A DNA stretch of 62,886 bases, filler included, from Bonamia ostreae (taxonomy: Eukaryota), in NCBI GenBank assembly GCA_040357525.1. It is 52 parts of 52 records of this genome, joined end to end, with 100 filler letters (N's around TTAATTAATTAA, not from the genome) between each part and the next. Parts side by side here need not be neighbours in the genome. Positions count along the whole stretch, not along the records: positions 25,532 to 26,644 come from JBDODL010002667.1; positions 26,745 to 27,856 come from JBDODL010002668.1; positions 27,957 to 29,068 come from JBDODL010002669.1; positions 29,169 to 30,279 come from JBDODL010002670.1; positions 30,380 to 31,490 come from JBDODL010002671.1; positions 31,591 to 32,701 come from JBDODL010002672.1; positions 32,802 to 33,911 come from JBDODL010002673.1; positions 34,012 to 35,121 come from JBDODL010002674.1; 44 more parts are not named here. One strand, 5' to 3'. Both the position numbers and the translations under genes were made by a program. Under the pieces are notes generated by a model, which was not told where the DNA came from, did no database searches, and saw nothing but the letters and a program-made list of their open reading frames with translations. Shown here piece by piece: positions 25,883 to 39,852 of the stretch; positions within the stretch are counted from its first letter, which is position 1; each line of letters opens with the position of its first letter.

Positions 25883-28800
25883 TGTCAGTATATATTTCAG
25901 TCAGCTCCAGAGAAAAGGCATCCCAAGGTATTTCACATCACGTTGATATTTGAAGAGGTTACTATACGATAACGGAATTTAACAACTCAGCCTTTGAGAA
26001 ATGAAAATAATTCAGCTTCAACATTACCAACTTTCTATATGTAAGTAATATTCCATTGTCATATGTAGATAATTTCCATGTATCTCATCTAATTTGAAAC
26101 GCGAGAGCTTGTTTTATGTATCATTAATTTTCATACTGATCATCAATGCTCATACTGATACCGAATCTACATACAGTAAGGGGAACTTTAGATAATTTTT
26201 TATTCAAGAAAAAGGAAAAAATGCAGAAAAAAAAACAATATCAATTTGATTTTTTTATTTACATAATTCTACAAACAATAAATACATATAACACAATATA
26301 TAAAAGAAGGTACTTATGGAAGATAATGATATCATATGCACTAATTTAATAATATAAGATAGTAATAGGGAGAGGGATAATATAGGCAGTATATGCTGCC
26401 CAATCCTATTCATTTTGACTAAAAGATCGTTTGAATTAAATTTAATACCAATTTGATACATCGCATAGAAATATAGGAATCTGTCTGACCTAGTGATTAA
26501 CAACATTACACATGATACCACACGAATCAAAAACATGGTATTCGGAATATGAATATTAGTGACAAGCACAGCAAGCAAAATAATCCCCGTATCCACTACT
26601 AATATTTAATTTTAATTGGGAAAACTAGTCTGTGGCAGATATATNNNNNNNNNNNNNNNNNNNNNNNNNNNNNNNNNNNNNNNNNNNNTTAATTAATTAA
26701 NNNNNNNNNNNNNNNNNNNNNNNNNNNNNNNNNNNNNNNNNNNNCCCCTTGCTTGTCGCAAGATTATTGAGTTCTAAATATGAACATGTCAGGAAGCTAA
26801 TCACGTTATTGCAGCCAGTTATAGTCCACTAATATAATTTTGGTAATTTTATCATCTATATGAGTACAACCTATACAGTGGGTTTCTTCCGCATTAAACG
26901 ATGTATATTTGTTTCTTTTAAATCAGTCAGAAACGGATTTAGAGAGCATCAATGAAGTCTTCGTCGTTGAAACAGAGGAAAGTATGCATTTCTCATTACA
27001 TGAACCATAATTCTTATGTCCACTACTAATCATGTTCTTTAACACTTCAAAACCACAAAAGACGTATGATTTTATTTCATGCAGCATCCTACATGTGTAA
27101 TTGATACTAGTACTATATTCTTCAAAAAGGTTAAGATGCCTTCTTTTAGTGAACTTGTTCTTGAATTGCACCATTGGTAACCCAGATTTCGATTGGGATG
27201 GAAAAAAAACATGCGTTTGCGATTGAACCATGCTCCGATTGTCATTCGATCTATTTGCAAAGAATTGTAAGTTTTCAAAATAGGAAAGTAACTCCATTTG
27301 GAATTACTATTTGTTATTCTAAATTACAATACCTGATATTTAGTTTCGTCAATGTTAAAAGCAAGTGGCATAGATTTGGACATTATCTCCTTATCAAGTA
27401 ATATTGATATTAACTAATGACCTTTTGGACCACAATTTAGGGATTTTCATCGTTATCGTCACCTTACCTTTTGACACCAAAATGATTTTTAAGATATGTT
27501 CCTGCTTTAATGTAATCACGTACAAAACTAATATTTGGAGAAAACAAAGTACGGTTTTGGTTAAAATCTGGTCTGTCAAGACAATTCACCAAAACAGAAA
27601 CCTGGTATGACCACCGTTATTCTTTACCTTGCATAGCAACGGTAATTTATTCAACAGAAAACTGTATATTAAAGTGACAACGTCATCAACTTTGAAATTG
27701 ATTTTGACTTAATATACGAAAGTTTTCCCCAAACGATTTTTTGAGACGCCCATTTTTGTACTAATAGTATAATTATATAATACATGGAATTATTATTTTC
27801 AATAAATAAGAAATTATTGTTTTTAGGTTGTTTTTTTTTTTTTTTTTGTTGTTGTTNNNNNNNNNNNNNNNNNNNNNNNNNNNNNNNNNNNNNNNNNNNN
27901 TTAATTAATTAANNNNNNNNNNNNNNNNNNNNNNNNNNNNNNNNNNNNNNNNNNNNTCGTTTTTCGTTATCTTCGTCTTTCATGTACATGTTATCTAATC
28001 AAAAAATGTAATTGCAGTCATAGTAACAGATAATTATATCACTGCATTTGCATTGTTTTTTCTTTTTACAAAAGTATATGAATTCAATACACATTGTACA
28101 CAAACTGTATCACGTATCTAAAACGCTGTATCAATATTCATTGAATTATAATACCATATTTTGAAATGCATATTTGAACACTCCACCCTTTCCTTCACCT
28201 GATGTTGAAATTGAATCATCGATTTTATATTATTGTAAAGACTAAAAAGGATACACTAAAATTGCAATTACCAATTTATGACATATCAAAGCCCCTCACC
28301 ACCCGTTGTAATATTAGCTCTAATGACTGTATATGTATAAAATATCATGTGTTATGTGTAATGAACCAACATTTCTAACTACATGTGTTGAAAATCTAAA
28401 TACTTGTGAGGGAATATTTTGACCTTGACTTGTTACCTAGATATTTTGACCTCAAAACAATGAAGGTATTCTACTTGTAGGTCTACATTTTCATCAGGTT
28501 AGGTGTTCAGATAAATATATTTAATGCATACATGTTGATGTTTTAAACATTGGTATGTGATTTATATCAATTTTCAACATGATAAGAAGGTCTTACCTAC
28601 CACTATATAAATCATGGCCGTATTGAATTTGTTTGGTATGCTGGGAAAGTCAATACATCTAAACTCCAATGGATATTTCATCATCATATCTAGATGGAAT
28701 ACCTTTGTATTAGATTATATATTACAAAACAGACCAAATCTATTCAAACGATGAGCGCACACTATCTTTCTCATTTTCTACATTTGGGCATACATGTACA

Positions 28801-29168
28801 TAGTCATCACAGCTAATCGTCTTCTCATTGGCACAGAGGCGACTACAGTATGACGTCATCTGTTGTCCCAATATAATTTTTTCCAACAAAATAAACCACA
28901 TTTTCTAATGTCCTTTGTAGCGACATAAAAATCGATCTTATTTCCTATTACTTTCCCGAAGGCAAATGTTTGCTTCATAAAGTCATTTTGCTTTTGTGTG
29001 AAATTCACTTTGAAATACATTTTCTTTCTTTAATGGTCCATCCTGTTGTCATAATACTTGTATTTTCTNNNNNNNNNNNNNNNNNNNNNNNNNNNNNNNN
29101 NNNNNNNNNNNNTTAATTAATTAANNNNNNNNNNNNNNNNNNNNNNNNNNNNNNNNNNNNNNNNNNNN

Positions 29169-30279
29169 TACTCATTTTTGAGAAAATGAGGAAACAAGAT
29201 CTAAATTTTGTCAACGCCCACGACCGGACGGGAATTTTACAAATTCTTCTCATTTCTTTAGACATCTAAATTCAAGTGAAACACTTGATTCCTGAACGAA
29301 ATTTATGGCAATGATAAACCGGGAAAATGTAAAGGTTTTTTTTAAAATATAAAACCCGGAAGTTGACGGTTCGACTTCCGGTACGGTTAAGTGTTTTTGA
29401 AATTTCAAAAGAGACCTAATAAAGGGATATAAGTCTTGATTTAAAAGAACAAGTTTAAGAAATTTTGTTTTCTTTTATCACTTCCGTTGACAACTGGAAG
29501 TGACGACAGACGTACTTAATCCGATTCTGCACGTCTACATTGAGAGATCTATATCTGCTATAAGTTTATTTCTCAATCCTTTACTGTCTGAGAAAAAGGG
29601 TGAACAACAAAATTTTCAATTCTTCTACCACTTCCTGTGAAGACAAGGAGTGACGGACAAACAAATAGACAAAATGTATTGAATGAACTATCCGCCGGTA
29701 TCGCTAATCTTTTATCCCTGCAAGTTTCAAGTATCTGTGCTTACTCATTTTTGAGAAAATGAGAAAAAGTGTCAAAATTTGTCAACATGATGTCTGACGA
29801 CCGGAAGTTAATTTTCAAAAATATTTCATAGTACTCTAGACATTGACATTGTCTACAACATATGGTAATGTCATGTCAAACACTTGTTTCATAAGGGAGA
29901 TATGCATGTATGGCACTGAAAAACAAGATGAAAAGTATTTTCGAAATAACCGGAAGTTGTCATTTCGACTTCTGATGGGGTAAACTTTTATTGATACTTC
30001 AAAAGAGACTTCATAAGGTGGTGTGGATTTCATTTTAAACAAAAAGTTTGCATTTTTTAAATTTCGTTTATCACTTCCGATGAGGACCGGAAGTAAGACT
30101 GACATTCTTAACTTCCAACGGCTCGACAACTCCCAAAGTATGGTCTATTACTCGTATAAGTTTGGTGTCTTTATCTTTTAACGTTTCTGAAATATCGTGC
30201 TTAAAATATGTCTTTTAAAAAACGGAAATCGAAAAATAATAGGAAAGTAACTCTTCGGGGTATTTCCATTCTCCATCAT
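29169..30279. repeat. Host repeat rich in ccggaagt/acttccgg motifs with an internal ~575-nt duplication
   Basis: tactcatttttgagaaaatgag at 29169 and ~29743; many ccggaagt / acttccg inverted pairs. Confidence 0.6.
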
Positions 30280-30396
30280 NNNNNNNNNNNNNNNNNNNNN
30301 NNNNNNNNNNNNNNNNNNNNNNNTTAATTAATTAANNNNNNNNNNNNNNNNNNNNNNNNNNNNNNNNNNNNNNNNNNNNATTAATTTTACAAAAAC

Positions 30397-31176
30397 ATCC
30401 ATTACAGCATTCTCTAAGGTCATTCCTTGGCATTTGTGAATAGTGAGCGCCCAGGAAAGATTCAATGGAAGTTGTTTCCGACAAGCGAGTACAGATCCAT
30501 CACCCTTTTCTATCGACCAAGTATTTCGTTCTATTATAATCGGTTCGTTTATCGTCTTAAATTGAACGACCGGCAAATATTCGTCTTCTTTCTTTTCGTA
30601 GAAAAAGTCTGTCACTTTCCCCCTTTTCAATTAAAATCGTTTGTGGTCTAACTAAAGCTAAATCTCGACAGATTTTAAGACAATTTATCAATAAACGATA
30701 ATCCATTCACCAATTCGTCGCTTATGTTTTTGACAAGAATAACAGGCGCCCCGATCTTAAGAACAAGACGCAGTGGCGCAGGGCAATTCGCAAAAAGGTT
30801 CTTCAAATAATCGCTTGGCAATCTGATCGTCGAAGAATCTTTAGCTTCATAAAAGTGCGCCTTAGTTTTTAAAGCTTTCAGCATCAGCGCATTCTTTTTG
30901 GCGACTGTATTTCTGTTATTTTTAAATTGAAAACTAAAACTAAAATTGAAAGCGCAAAAAAATTAAAGATCAAACTTAAAGTTCTGATATTAGAACCTGT
31001 GGCAGTGAATCATGACGGAGTCTTTGGGAAGAACGTTGGTCGAGGTTTGAGATAAAACTGCTTTTGTTTTGGGCGTCATGACGCCTTTTCTGAGTTCAGA
31101 CAACATGTCGATGAAGCTCGTGTCAGTTTGTCTGAAAACTTTTGTCAATTCGAAAATGTTTTCATCTGAGATGCAT
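30397..31176 (-). CDS. PIF1: Pif1 family DNA helicase, 3 internal exons
   Basis: ELTKVFRQTD..FIDMLSELRKG, LVLKIGAPVILVKN...LVNGLSGKV and RKQLPLNLSWALTIHKCQGMTL; exons joined in phase by GT-AG introns. Confidence 0.9.
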
Positions 31177-34011
31177 CTAATTTTTCGTTTTTTGTTATAA
31201 AATTTTTGCGTTTTTAACAAATTTAAATTTTTTTTGTATTGAAGATTTTTGCGTATTTTTATCGAATTTATTTGATTATTTTTGCGTTTTAAATAAATAT
31301 CTTTTCAAAATTTTTGCGTTTTTAATAAATTTTTTTGTTTTGAAGATTTTTGCGATTTTATTACTTTTTCTTGAATATTTTTGCGCTTTTAATAAATTTA
31401 AATTTTTTTGTATTGAATATTTTTGCGTTTTTGATGTATTTTTATCGAATTTATTTGATTATTTTTGCGTTTTAAATAAATATCTTTTCANNNNNNNNNN
31501 NNNNNNNNNNNNNNNNNNNNNNNNNNNNNNNNNNTTAATTAATTAANNNNNNNNNNNNNNNNNNNNNNNNNNNNNNNNNNNNNNNNNNNNATTGGCAGTA
31601 AAGAGTTTTACAAAATATATCATTTTAGTTTCTTTAATTTTCAACACATGAACATCTAAAGTCCCAGTTGTACGTTCGACTGAGTGGTAATATAGTCAAC
31701 AGGATCTATAAAAGAAATATGGTCTTGTTCATTACAATGAACGTAAGGAAACGGATAAAAATAAACGAGCCTACCTCTGAGATTTACAAAAAAATACTTG
31801 GTGAGGTTTATGGATTTCAGTACCAGAGGCAACACAATTTTAATACATGTATATTGAAGATTTTGGTTTGCTTTTGGATAGAATTTTGCCTTTTTTCGAA
31901 ATGATTTATTGTGCTGAAACGTAATTCAATCGGTTGTATTATCATTTTTTCTGTGATATTAATTTTTGATGTTTCACCTAAACCAGGCTAAGGCTAGCAC
32001 CTGTTGTATTTCATTTTTAAGACACATTCTATACATCATAAAAAGAAACTAATGATTGGTTAATATTCAAATGTCTGTGACTTTTAGCATCAAAAGGACT
32101 GAGCGCTATAAAATAGTTATATATTGAAATGTTTGAGGAACATCTGTAACGGTCCCATTGCAATTAGTACTAGTCATTATTTTTTTTTTCTGGTAATGTT
32201 CTCATAAAGAACAGAAAAGATCGATTTGAAACCTTTCAGGATGATAGTGTATCATTTGTAGATGTAGATAACGATATTCATTATCTTCTACACGTGGTTT
32301 TAAGACATTAGTCTTTGTAGCGAAATGTAAAAATTATAAGNNNNNNNNNNNNNNNNACGCTACCAATTTTGATGCACCAGATGCTTCTGAATATACTATC
32401 TTATGTAGGTCAGTATCTTTGATATTATTGAATTGATTATTGATTACTGACATATTATTTGAAATCAGTTATGAACATTTTAGTATCAACTAATCAAATA
32501 TCAGTGCATGCACGTGCATGCACACGCTGTCAAGAAAGTTGAGCATGTCGATGCATTACAAGTTTAGATATCTGATTACAAGATAAATTAAAAAAAATCA
32601 ATGGGAAGGGGAAATATAAAAATAATGCACATGCATACACGCGCATCATGCCTGTGAGTTTTATCACTATCAATAATCTTACGTCGTAGGCTTTTGTAGT
32701 ANNNNNNNNNNNNNNNNNNNNNNNNNNNNNNNNNNNNNNNNNNNNTTAATTAATTAANNNNNNNNNNNNNNNNNNNNNNNNNNNNNNNNNNNNNNNNNNN
32801 NTCTTTCCAATCATTAGGGAAGGCTTCATTTGAAATTCATATAAAATTAAGACCGAGATCTATAAATCCTTGAATGAGTTATCTTCGTATTATTATTTTG
32901 GAAATATCCGTGATGTTAGGTATGTATGCTGTCTTTGCAATTACCGAATTAAAGATTGATAAACGAATGCTCTAATTTTTGGACCCGAAAAGGTTATTGA
33001 ACGAAGTTTGACATACTTTGAAGAATTTGGTATAAATTTAAATAGTACCTTTTTATTCAGATATAATCGGTCAAAAATAAGTGAATTATGACATAAAACA
33101 TTTCAACACAAAGTGCAGACCAAGAAGAAAATCACACGAAGACATACAACGTAGAAAATTTGTATGTTACACAACGTACATGCATACATTCTGAAAATCG
33201 TTTCGTGAATTCTATATTCGTATATATTCATAACAAAGTATATATTCATTTATATATTGACAATTCTTTAACATAATGCAAACAATGAAGTTGATAGGTA
33301 TTTTCTAATGTTTTTAAGTTGCTGAAAAATTAACCTCCTTCATTACGGCGGGAAGTGTTAGTATCGCTCTTTCTTGCATTGATCACATTGAAAAAACAAA
33401 CATCTGTTAAAGAAATATTCTGAATGGTCACCTATTTGAATTGCATCATTTTGTAATTCACAAAAAATATTTTCCCTTGATGATCAAAACGAAATAATTT
33501 CTGAACTGATTTTTTAAATATAGTATTCCATTTGAACAATGAAAGGTGAAGATTNNNNNNNNNNATAATATGGAGAATGTTCTTGTAATGGATTGATGGT
33601 ATATTAAAGAATAAAATACAGGTACAATAAGGTATTGATTTATATTTTGACTCAAATGTCGTAAATGATAAAAAATGCTGAAAATAGATAAACCATTCCT
33701 GTAAAAAATTATTGTTAATGGCAATAGCTACACCATGAAATCTTATATCATTTGCCCCCTCCATTTCCCAACCTTTTGCGCGGATAGTAAAGAAAGAGGG
33801 AAATACAAATATTTTACACACAAATATGATGAAACTGTTTTGAAATATAACCATTGTTAAAGTTTATACCTTAAAACTAAATCTACTTTTAAATTAAATT
33901 TGACTTATCCANNNNNNNNNNNNNNNNNNNNNNNNNNNNNNNNNNNNNNNNNNNNTTAATTAATTAANNNNNNNNNNNNNNNNNNNNNNNNNNNNNNNNN
34001 NNNNNNNNNNN

Positions 34012-34772
34012 AAATAATTTGACGAAATAATGAAAATTGCAAATTGAATGTTTTGGAAACTTTGCTTGACCATTTCGAAATAGCAGAAAAATCGTCAAAA
34101 TTTCGCATAATCGAAATTTGATTAGTTCCAAATTTTTTAAGTGATTTTTGGTTAATAAGTTCCAAATTAGCCCAAATGGAATTTTTGAAAATTGCGATTT
34201 TGTCTTGTTCACCTGTTTTTAACAGGGAATTCAATATTTCACAAATTTCTTTGATTTCACTATCTTCTTCATGATATCTTAAAAGCTTTAAAATGATAAT
34301 TCAACATTATAAAATTTCAATATAAATCTACTCTTGTAGATTATTAAGTTTCTCGTTATAAAAATATTTTTGCGAATGGACAAAACCAAATAATGATTCG
34401 AAATAACGATCGTAATCATCTCAATCAAGGAAAATTAATTTAAGATTTGCAAAAATTTTTTAACATTATATCAACAAGATTTATTAATAAATTTAACAAT
34501 TTAAAAATGGCGCAAACATTATTTAGTTTTTCGCATTGTCGACTATTTTTGTCAATAAAATGTCTTAAAATTTCTATCGAGTTCATTGTTCCGACCGAGG
34601 ACATCAAAAAAGAATCGCAATCTTTTTTGTTGGTGTTTTCGATATTGTTTAGTAGTCCTATTCCAAACGATGTGCACGCATCGCCAAATTTCTTCGTAAC
34701 GAGCATTCCGCAATTTTTCCAGCTTTTAATTATATAACCAAACCAATAAATTCTACTCGAAAATTTAGCCAT
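34012..34772 (-). CDS. Hypothetical multi-exon protein (protist)
   Basis: ATG at 34772; long open segments separated by putative GT-AG introns. No recognised domain. Confidence 0.35.
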
Positions 34773-34782
34773 CGTTGCAAAC

Positions 34783-35121
34783 ATGTTCAAACTGATCATG
34801 TTCCGAAAATCACATCGTATCCACAGACACAACTCAAATAACTTAATAACGAAAAGCTTTAATTCTCTCACAAAACCCGATAACGCTAAAATGGTTGAAA
34901 CTGACAAAGACTTGTTATTTGGCCCGTTTAAAAACGAATTCGCGGTTGAATATACGAAAGAAGAACAGTCTTTAATTCAGAAAGAACTAAGAAACGAAAA
35001 CATTTCAACATTAAAAGTTAAATTTTGAATCTTAAGAAACTCGAGAGGAAAGTACTCGCAGAAGAAATATTTGCCAAGACGGACGAACGCAACGCTCCAT
35101 TAAATTTAAATTTGGCCAAGA
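34783..35121 (+). CDS. Hypothetical protein, N-terminal part, with a 20-nt intron near 35018-35037
   Basis: An 81-aa ORF continues in frame (KLERKVLAEEIFAK) after gttaaattttgaatcttaag. The basic N-terminus resembles a presequence. Confidence 0.4.
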
Positions 35122-35221
35122 NNNNNNNNNNNNNNNNNNNNNNNNNNNNNNNNNNNNNNNNNNNNTTAATTAATTAANNNNNNNNNNNNNNNNNNNNNNN
35201 NNNNNNNNNNNNNNNNNNNNN

Positions 35222-35628
35222 GAAAGAAACGACAACTGACAAGAAACTAATCTCCTTCAAATAATTATCCACAAAATTAATCGCAGCGTCTTTAAATACA
35301 GTCAGTCGTTGAAATCGATCATCTTGTTTAAATAAATTTTGCGATAAATCTAAAATCAAGACGCAGTGTCTGATATGTTCTTTTTCCACCGATTTTTTTT
35401 GTTTTTTGCTGTTTTTTAAAAATCAAATTTTTGTATTTTTAATAATTGCTAATTGTTTCGATAAAATTGCAAATTTTTGCTTTTGATTAAAATTTGCAAA
35501 ATAATTTACGATTTTTTTGAGATTATTTTAGTTTTATTTAAAATGAGCTTTAAGCCCTCCGAAGTTTCGATGATTTTATCACAATTTTTGTTAATTGGCT
35601 TTTCCCATTTCCGCAAAGGTTTATCCAT
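35222..35628 (-). CDS. GTF2H2: TFIIH p44/Ssl1 N-terminus (VWA); exons 35628-35510 and 35408-35222
   Basis: MDKPLRKWEKP... spliced in phase to IRHCVLILDLSQ...DDRFQRLTVFK...FV resembles Ssl1 IRH..L..D.S......D.RP.RL. Confidence 0.6.
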
Positions 35629-35797
35629 TTTTACTAAATTTGTTTAACCAAAAATCAAAAATTTTTAAAAATTAGATTTTCCGTCGACAAAGAGAAATTT
35701 TATAAAATTGTTTTTTTTCGAATTTTGTGACTTAAAAATCGTTTTTATGAAATTTTGTAATTTAAATTTTGATCAAAAATTTTCAAATGTGAATTTA

Positions 35798-36331
35798 TTA
35801 AGCGACCGACTCCATTTCCTGTACAAGAGATTGATCAACTTCGCTTTTAAGTTTTGATGAAGTGAGAAGATGATAATCAAATCCAGAACTAAATTGAGTC
35901 TTCACTGGAAGCACCCAACAAACGGGATTTTTCCCAAAAACGTTTTCAAAATTAGCCTTTTTCCCGCCCAAGTCATATGGACTTACCATCTAATAAAAAA
36001 AATTAGAAAAATTTAGCAAAGAATGGAAATTGCAAAAACAGAATTTCTAAAGTTGGAAAATCTCAATTCCAATTGTGTTTTTTCTGCGAAGACGAGTCGC
36101 AACTGATAATTGAAGAACGCCCACAAAATGAGATTTAGAACGCATTGGAAGAAATATCCTCCGACGAAAATAACTCCTTTTTCGAGTTTGTTCTAAATTG
36201 TATAAAAAAACATTTCTAAAATGGTCGATTATTATTGGCAATCCAGCCAGGATGTAGCACGTGCTAATAATGCTGCCCCAGAATAACAACAAAATGAAAT
36301 ATTTTTGATTGTTTTGGCCGATGCAATTTAA
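35798..36331 (-). CDS. DHHC palmitoyltransferase, C-terminal half; 19-nt intron 36193-36211 and a second ~49-nt intron
   Basis: NCIGQNNQKYFILLLFW, TTxE-like KTQLE and SPYDLGGKKANFENVFGKNPVCWVLP. Confidence 0.85.
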
Positions 36332-38849
36332 NNNNNNNNNNNNNNNNNNNNNNNNNNNNNNNNNNNNNNNNNNNNTTAATTAATTAANNNNNNNNNNNNN
36401 NNNNNNNNNNNNNNNNNNNNNNNNNNNNNNNGTAAAACGTTTCAGGGACTGTATCTTTGTTTATAAGAAATATACCTCAACCTCCAGTATGAAAGAACTA
36501 CCGATTACTTTAATCTGCATATACATACGCTAGATGAGTTCAGTGTGAATTCCATATTTGCAATCCGATTGTTACAGGTATTATGGTATGACGTGATGTA
36601 GTTGAACGAAATCATTGGGCGTCTATGTTTCCCACCAGAGTAACTGAATGTCATTTAATTACTGATTATAATATCAGTGTCAAGGTGTGTTTGTTGTTGT
36701 AAGTTTTAGATTTTCATTCGAATATAAACGCATTTGAATGGTCTTGCGTTTAAACTTCTCTAGATTTCACAGTATTCGTTAATATGTATGAAATCGATAC
36801 GTCTTCTGCTCAAATCCTATATAATTTGTTATAGTGATGTCAATGATAATTTATTGATAAGTTTTTTTTAGTCTCATTCGGTGATTCGGGACGACGTTTC
36901 ACAATTCTTTCAAAGTTGGACACAGCAGTAAGCATCTACAAAATAACGGTTATGGACATTTTGTTTTCATTCTGATGTAGAAATTGTATTAAACAACAAT
37001 GTTTGGAATATCAGGAGATGATAATAAGATTTTTTTCTTCTTACGCAGAGCAGCTTGAAGAAATAGTCTGCACTCTAGTTAGATGTAAAGATAATACTTG
37101 TAACTTCGACAGTAGTAGATGCATGTGCTGTGTAGTCTTATCCAATTGTTGAAAGTTGCTTGAAAATCATCTATATGTACCTATTGCATAATGGTGCACG
37201 TACTGCATGATGTATTCATTGTTTCGATTGGTTTCTATCTTGTTTGATAGATGTATCAGAGACAATCATAAGTCTTACTAAAACGAGTCCGCACTGTGAG
37301 AGAATGCACAACAATGTTATTAAACTTTCATATTGGAAATAAACATATTTCTCATTGTTTGCTGAGTTATAAAGAATAGTTATTTATAATATCTTTTAAA
37401 TTACAAAAATAAACAAAACCATCTTTATAAAATTTATATCTATAAAAAAAGCATATTCCATTATAAAGATTTTAATAATTAATTTTAATTATATAATTTA
37501 TAAAATTTTATTTTAATTAATAATTTTAAATAATATAAAANNNNNNNNNNNNNNNNNNNNNNNNNNNNNNNNNNNNNNNNNNNNTTAATTAATTAANNNN
37601 NNNNNNNNNNNNNNNNNNNNNNNNNNNNNNNNNNNNNNNNCCCCATCCCTTCCCTGATTCCACGTGCTTGCAATGTTTTCCGATAATTGTTTAATGATTT
37701 ACAGCTTATATTCATAAAATCACATCGATCGCGATCTTCAATACCACCATAAGATAGTCGTTAAACCACAGTTAAATTCCTAATTATTACCCCGTTAAGT
37801 TTTAACAGAATTTCAATCTGAAATGACATTTAGATATATCGACAACCTTTCATTTATTCATTTTTAACACAAACCAAGTAAAACAATAGAGTTCACACTT
37901 CGTCGTTCCACTGACCACTGAACGTCTTTGTCTTTGTCGCTTCAATTAACACAGGTCTCTCTCNNNNNNNNNNCATACCACTTGTTTGTAACAAGTTGGA
38001 ACAATATAATTATTTCTATTCACTAAAGTATACCAATATTTCAGAATTCGGAGCTTTTTTTGTGCGTGTACGTATGTATATCAGAATTCATAACTTTCTT
38101 TGCCGGAGAAACACAATTCTTTTTTCTTTTTCTTTTAATCAACATGTACATTTTCTTGATATAAGGGACTTTATGAAATCCCCTTGTTTCACATCCATAG
38201 TGATGAAGAGAACATATGTATCAAATGAAGAGAGTGTAGTCTCATTATTTAAATCATTCTTTTTTATATATATACTCTTTTGTACAAAGAAATTGTACTT
38301 TTTCATCGTGATATTTTTGCATTATTGTTGCAACTGAATTCTGTGTCAAATGTACCGTTGTATTTACAATTAATTAACACCACAGTAAGTAAATATATCA
38401 ACAATATCAAAATCAATATCATTCGAACAGTCGGTGTGTCGACTTGGCAACGTCTGAACCCCTAACACTGGAGTCTGGTGAGGGTCACTCGTAACCAACG
38501 CAGTGTCAGTGCAATGTACACCCCCAACAAAAACCATGACGTAGACTCTGCTAATTCTGTTAACTTGCGGAATAGCAAGACACCAACATCATTTACACAT
38601 TTCATTTATTAAAATCACTCAAATCAATTTACAAGCCGCATGACCAGTGACGAATATATAGATCCAGAAAATTTCCATGCCAGGGGGTGCTATCCAAGTA
38701 TGTACCTTTACCGCCTCCCTGAATACCACCCAATACCCACACAACTAGCNNNNNNNNNNNNNNNNNNNNNNNNNNNNNNNNNNNNNNNNNNNNTTAATTA
38801 ATTAANNNNNNNNNNNNNNNNNNNNNNNNNNNNNNNNNNNNNNNNNNNN

Positions 38850-39010
38850 TTTGTTTATTAATTTTTTTCATTGTTCTTTTTTGTTTTTTTGTTTATTAAT
38901 TTTTTTCATTGTTCTTTTTTGTTTTTTTGTTTATTAATTTTTGCAGTGATTTCATTGTTCTTATTTCTTTTTCGTTTATTAATTTTTTTCATTGTTCTTA
39001 TTTCTTTTAT
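38850..39010. repeat. T-rich ~40-nt tandem repeat at contig end
   Basis: ttgtttattaatttttttcattgttct recurs ~4 times. Confidence 0.75.
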
Positions 39011-39218
39011 TAATTTAAGGGTAAATTTCATCGTTTCAGCTAAAATTGCCCGTAAATAAATAATTGCGTTATTAAATAAATATATTTTATAACGCGAGTA
39101 ACAATAATGGCTTTTGCTTTTTACGGTTTAATCAAAAACATGTCAGTTAAGATTTGCAAACATTTATTAAAGTCGAATAATAATTTGCTTGCAATCAAAA
39201 TAAAAGCAAATAGATAAA

Positions 39219-39482
39219 ATGGTGAATGATTTGAAATACAGTTATAAAGCAAAGTATGTTTATTTTGACGACGAAGATAAAGTAATCAGTACAGATGTTG
39301 TCACCATGGAAAAAGAAGAGTTCAAATTACAACCTTATCGCGTCTTTCCGCGCAATGCAGACAGAGTCGAGATACATCTAAGCATAATGACTTATGGGAT
39401 CAATGGCAGGTCCCTCGATTACATGTTTAGAGAGTCACCGAAAAAAGTGGAAGTCAGTGTTATGAGAGAGCCATATCGATAA
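39219..39482 (+). CDS. Hypothetical 87-aa protein (paralog of 39631-39852)
   Basis: Clean ATG-TAA ORF sharing NDL, F.DE...I.T and PRNA...EI motifs with the downstream ORF. Confidence 0.6.
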   Translation: MVNDLKYSYKAKYVYFDDEDKVISTDVVTMEKEEFKLQPYRVFPRNADRVEIHLSIMTYGINGRSLDYMFRESPKKVEVSVMREPYR

Positions 39483-39630
39483 TTGCCTTGTAAATGTTTG
39501 TTGAATGGCAAATTCTTTTTTTGCAAAAATTGAAGCAATAAATAACAAATTCTTTACTACAAATTTTGATAATTTTACGCGAAATAAAGTTACTGCAAAA
39601 CCAAGCAAACAAGCAAGAACCAAGCAAAAT

Positions 39631-39852
39631 ATGTCGAAAAATGATTTAAGAATGACCGTTCGGTTTGTTGACGAGAATTTATATTTGATAGAAACGCGAA
39701 CATTAAATGTTGTCGATGAGAAAAATTCAATTACTTTGTCAGTGCCCAGGAACGCTTTTCAATGTGAAATTGTTCAAGAGATCATTACTGATATTAACCC
39801 ACCATTAAGGAACTCGCGTGAAGTGTTTGAATTTAAAAATCGATTGGAGTGA
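39631..39852 (+). CDS. Hypothetical 73-aa protein (paralog of 39219-39482)
   Basis: MSKNDLRMTVRFVDENLYLIET...VPRNAFQCEIVQEIITDIN. The internal ATG was chosen by alignment with the upstream ORF. Confidence 0.55.
   Translation: MSKNDLRMTVRFVDENLYLIETRTLNVVDEKNSITLSVPRNAFQCEIVQEIITDINPPLRNSREVFEFKNRLE

Noticed and set aside
26923-27610. Decayed transposase-like overlapping ORFs
   Set aside because: No catalytic motif or terminal repeats that I can recognise.
30397-31176. Helitron-encoded Pif1-like helicase
   Set aside because: It has protist-type GTT introns and no Rep domain is visible; more likely the cellular PIF1.
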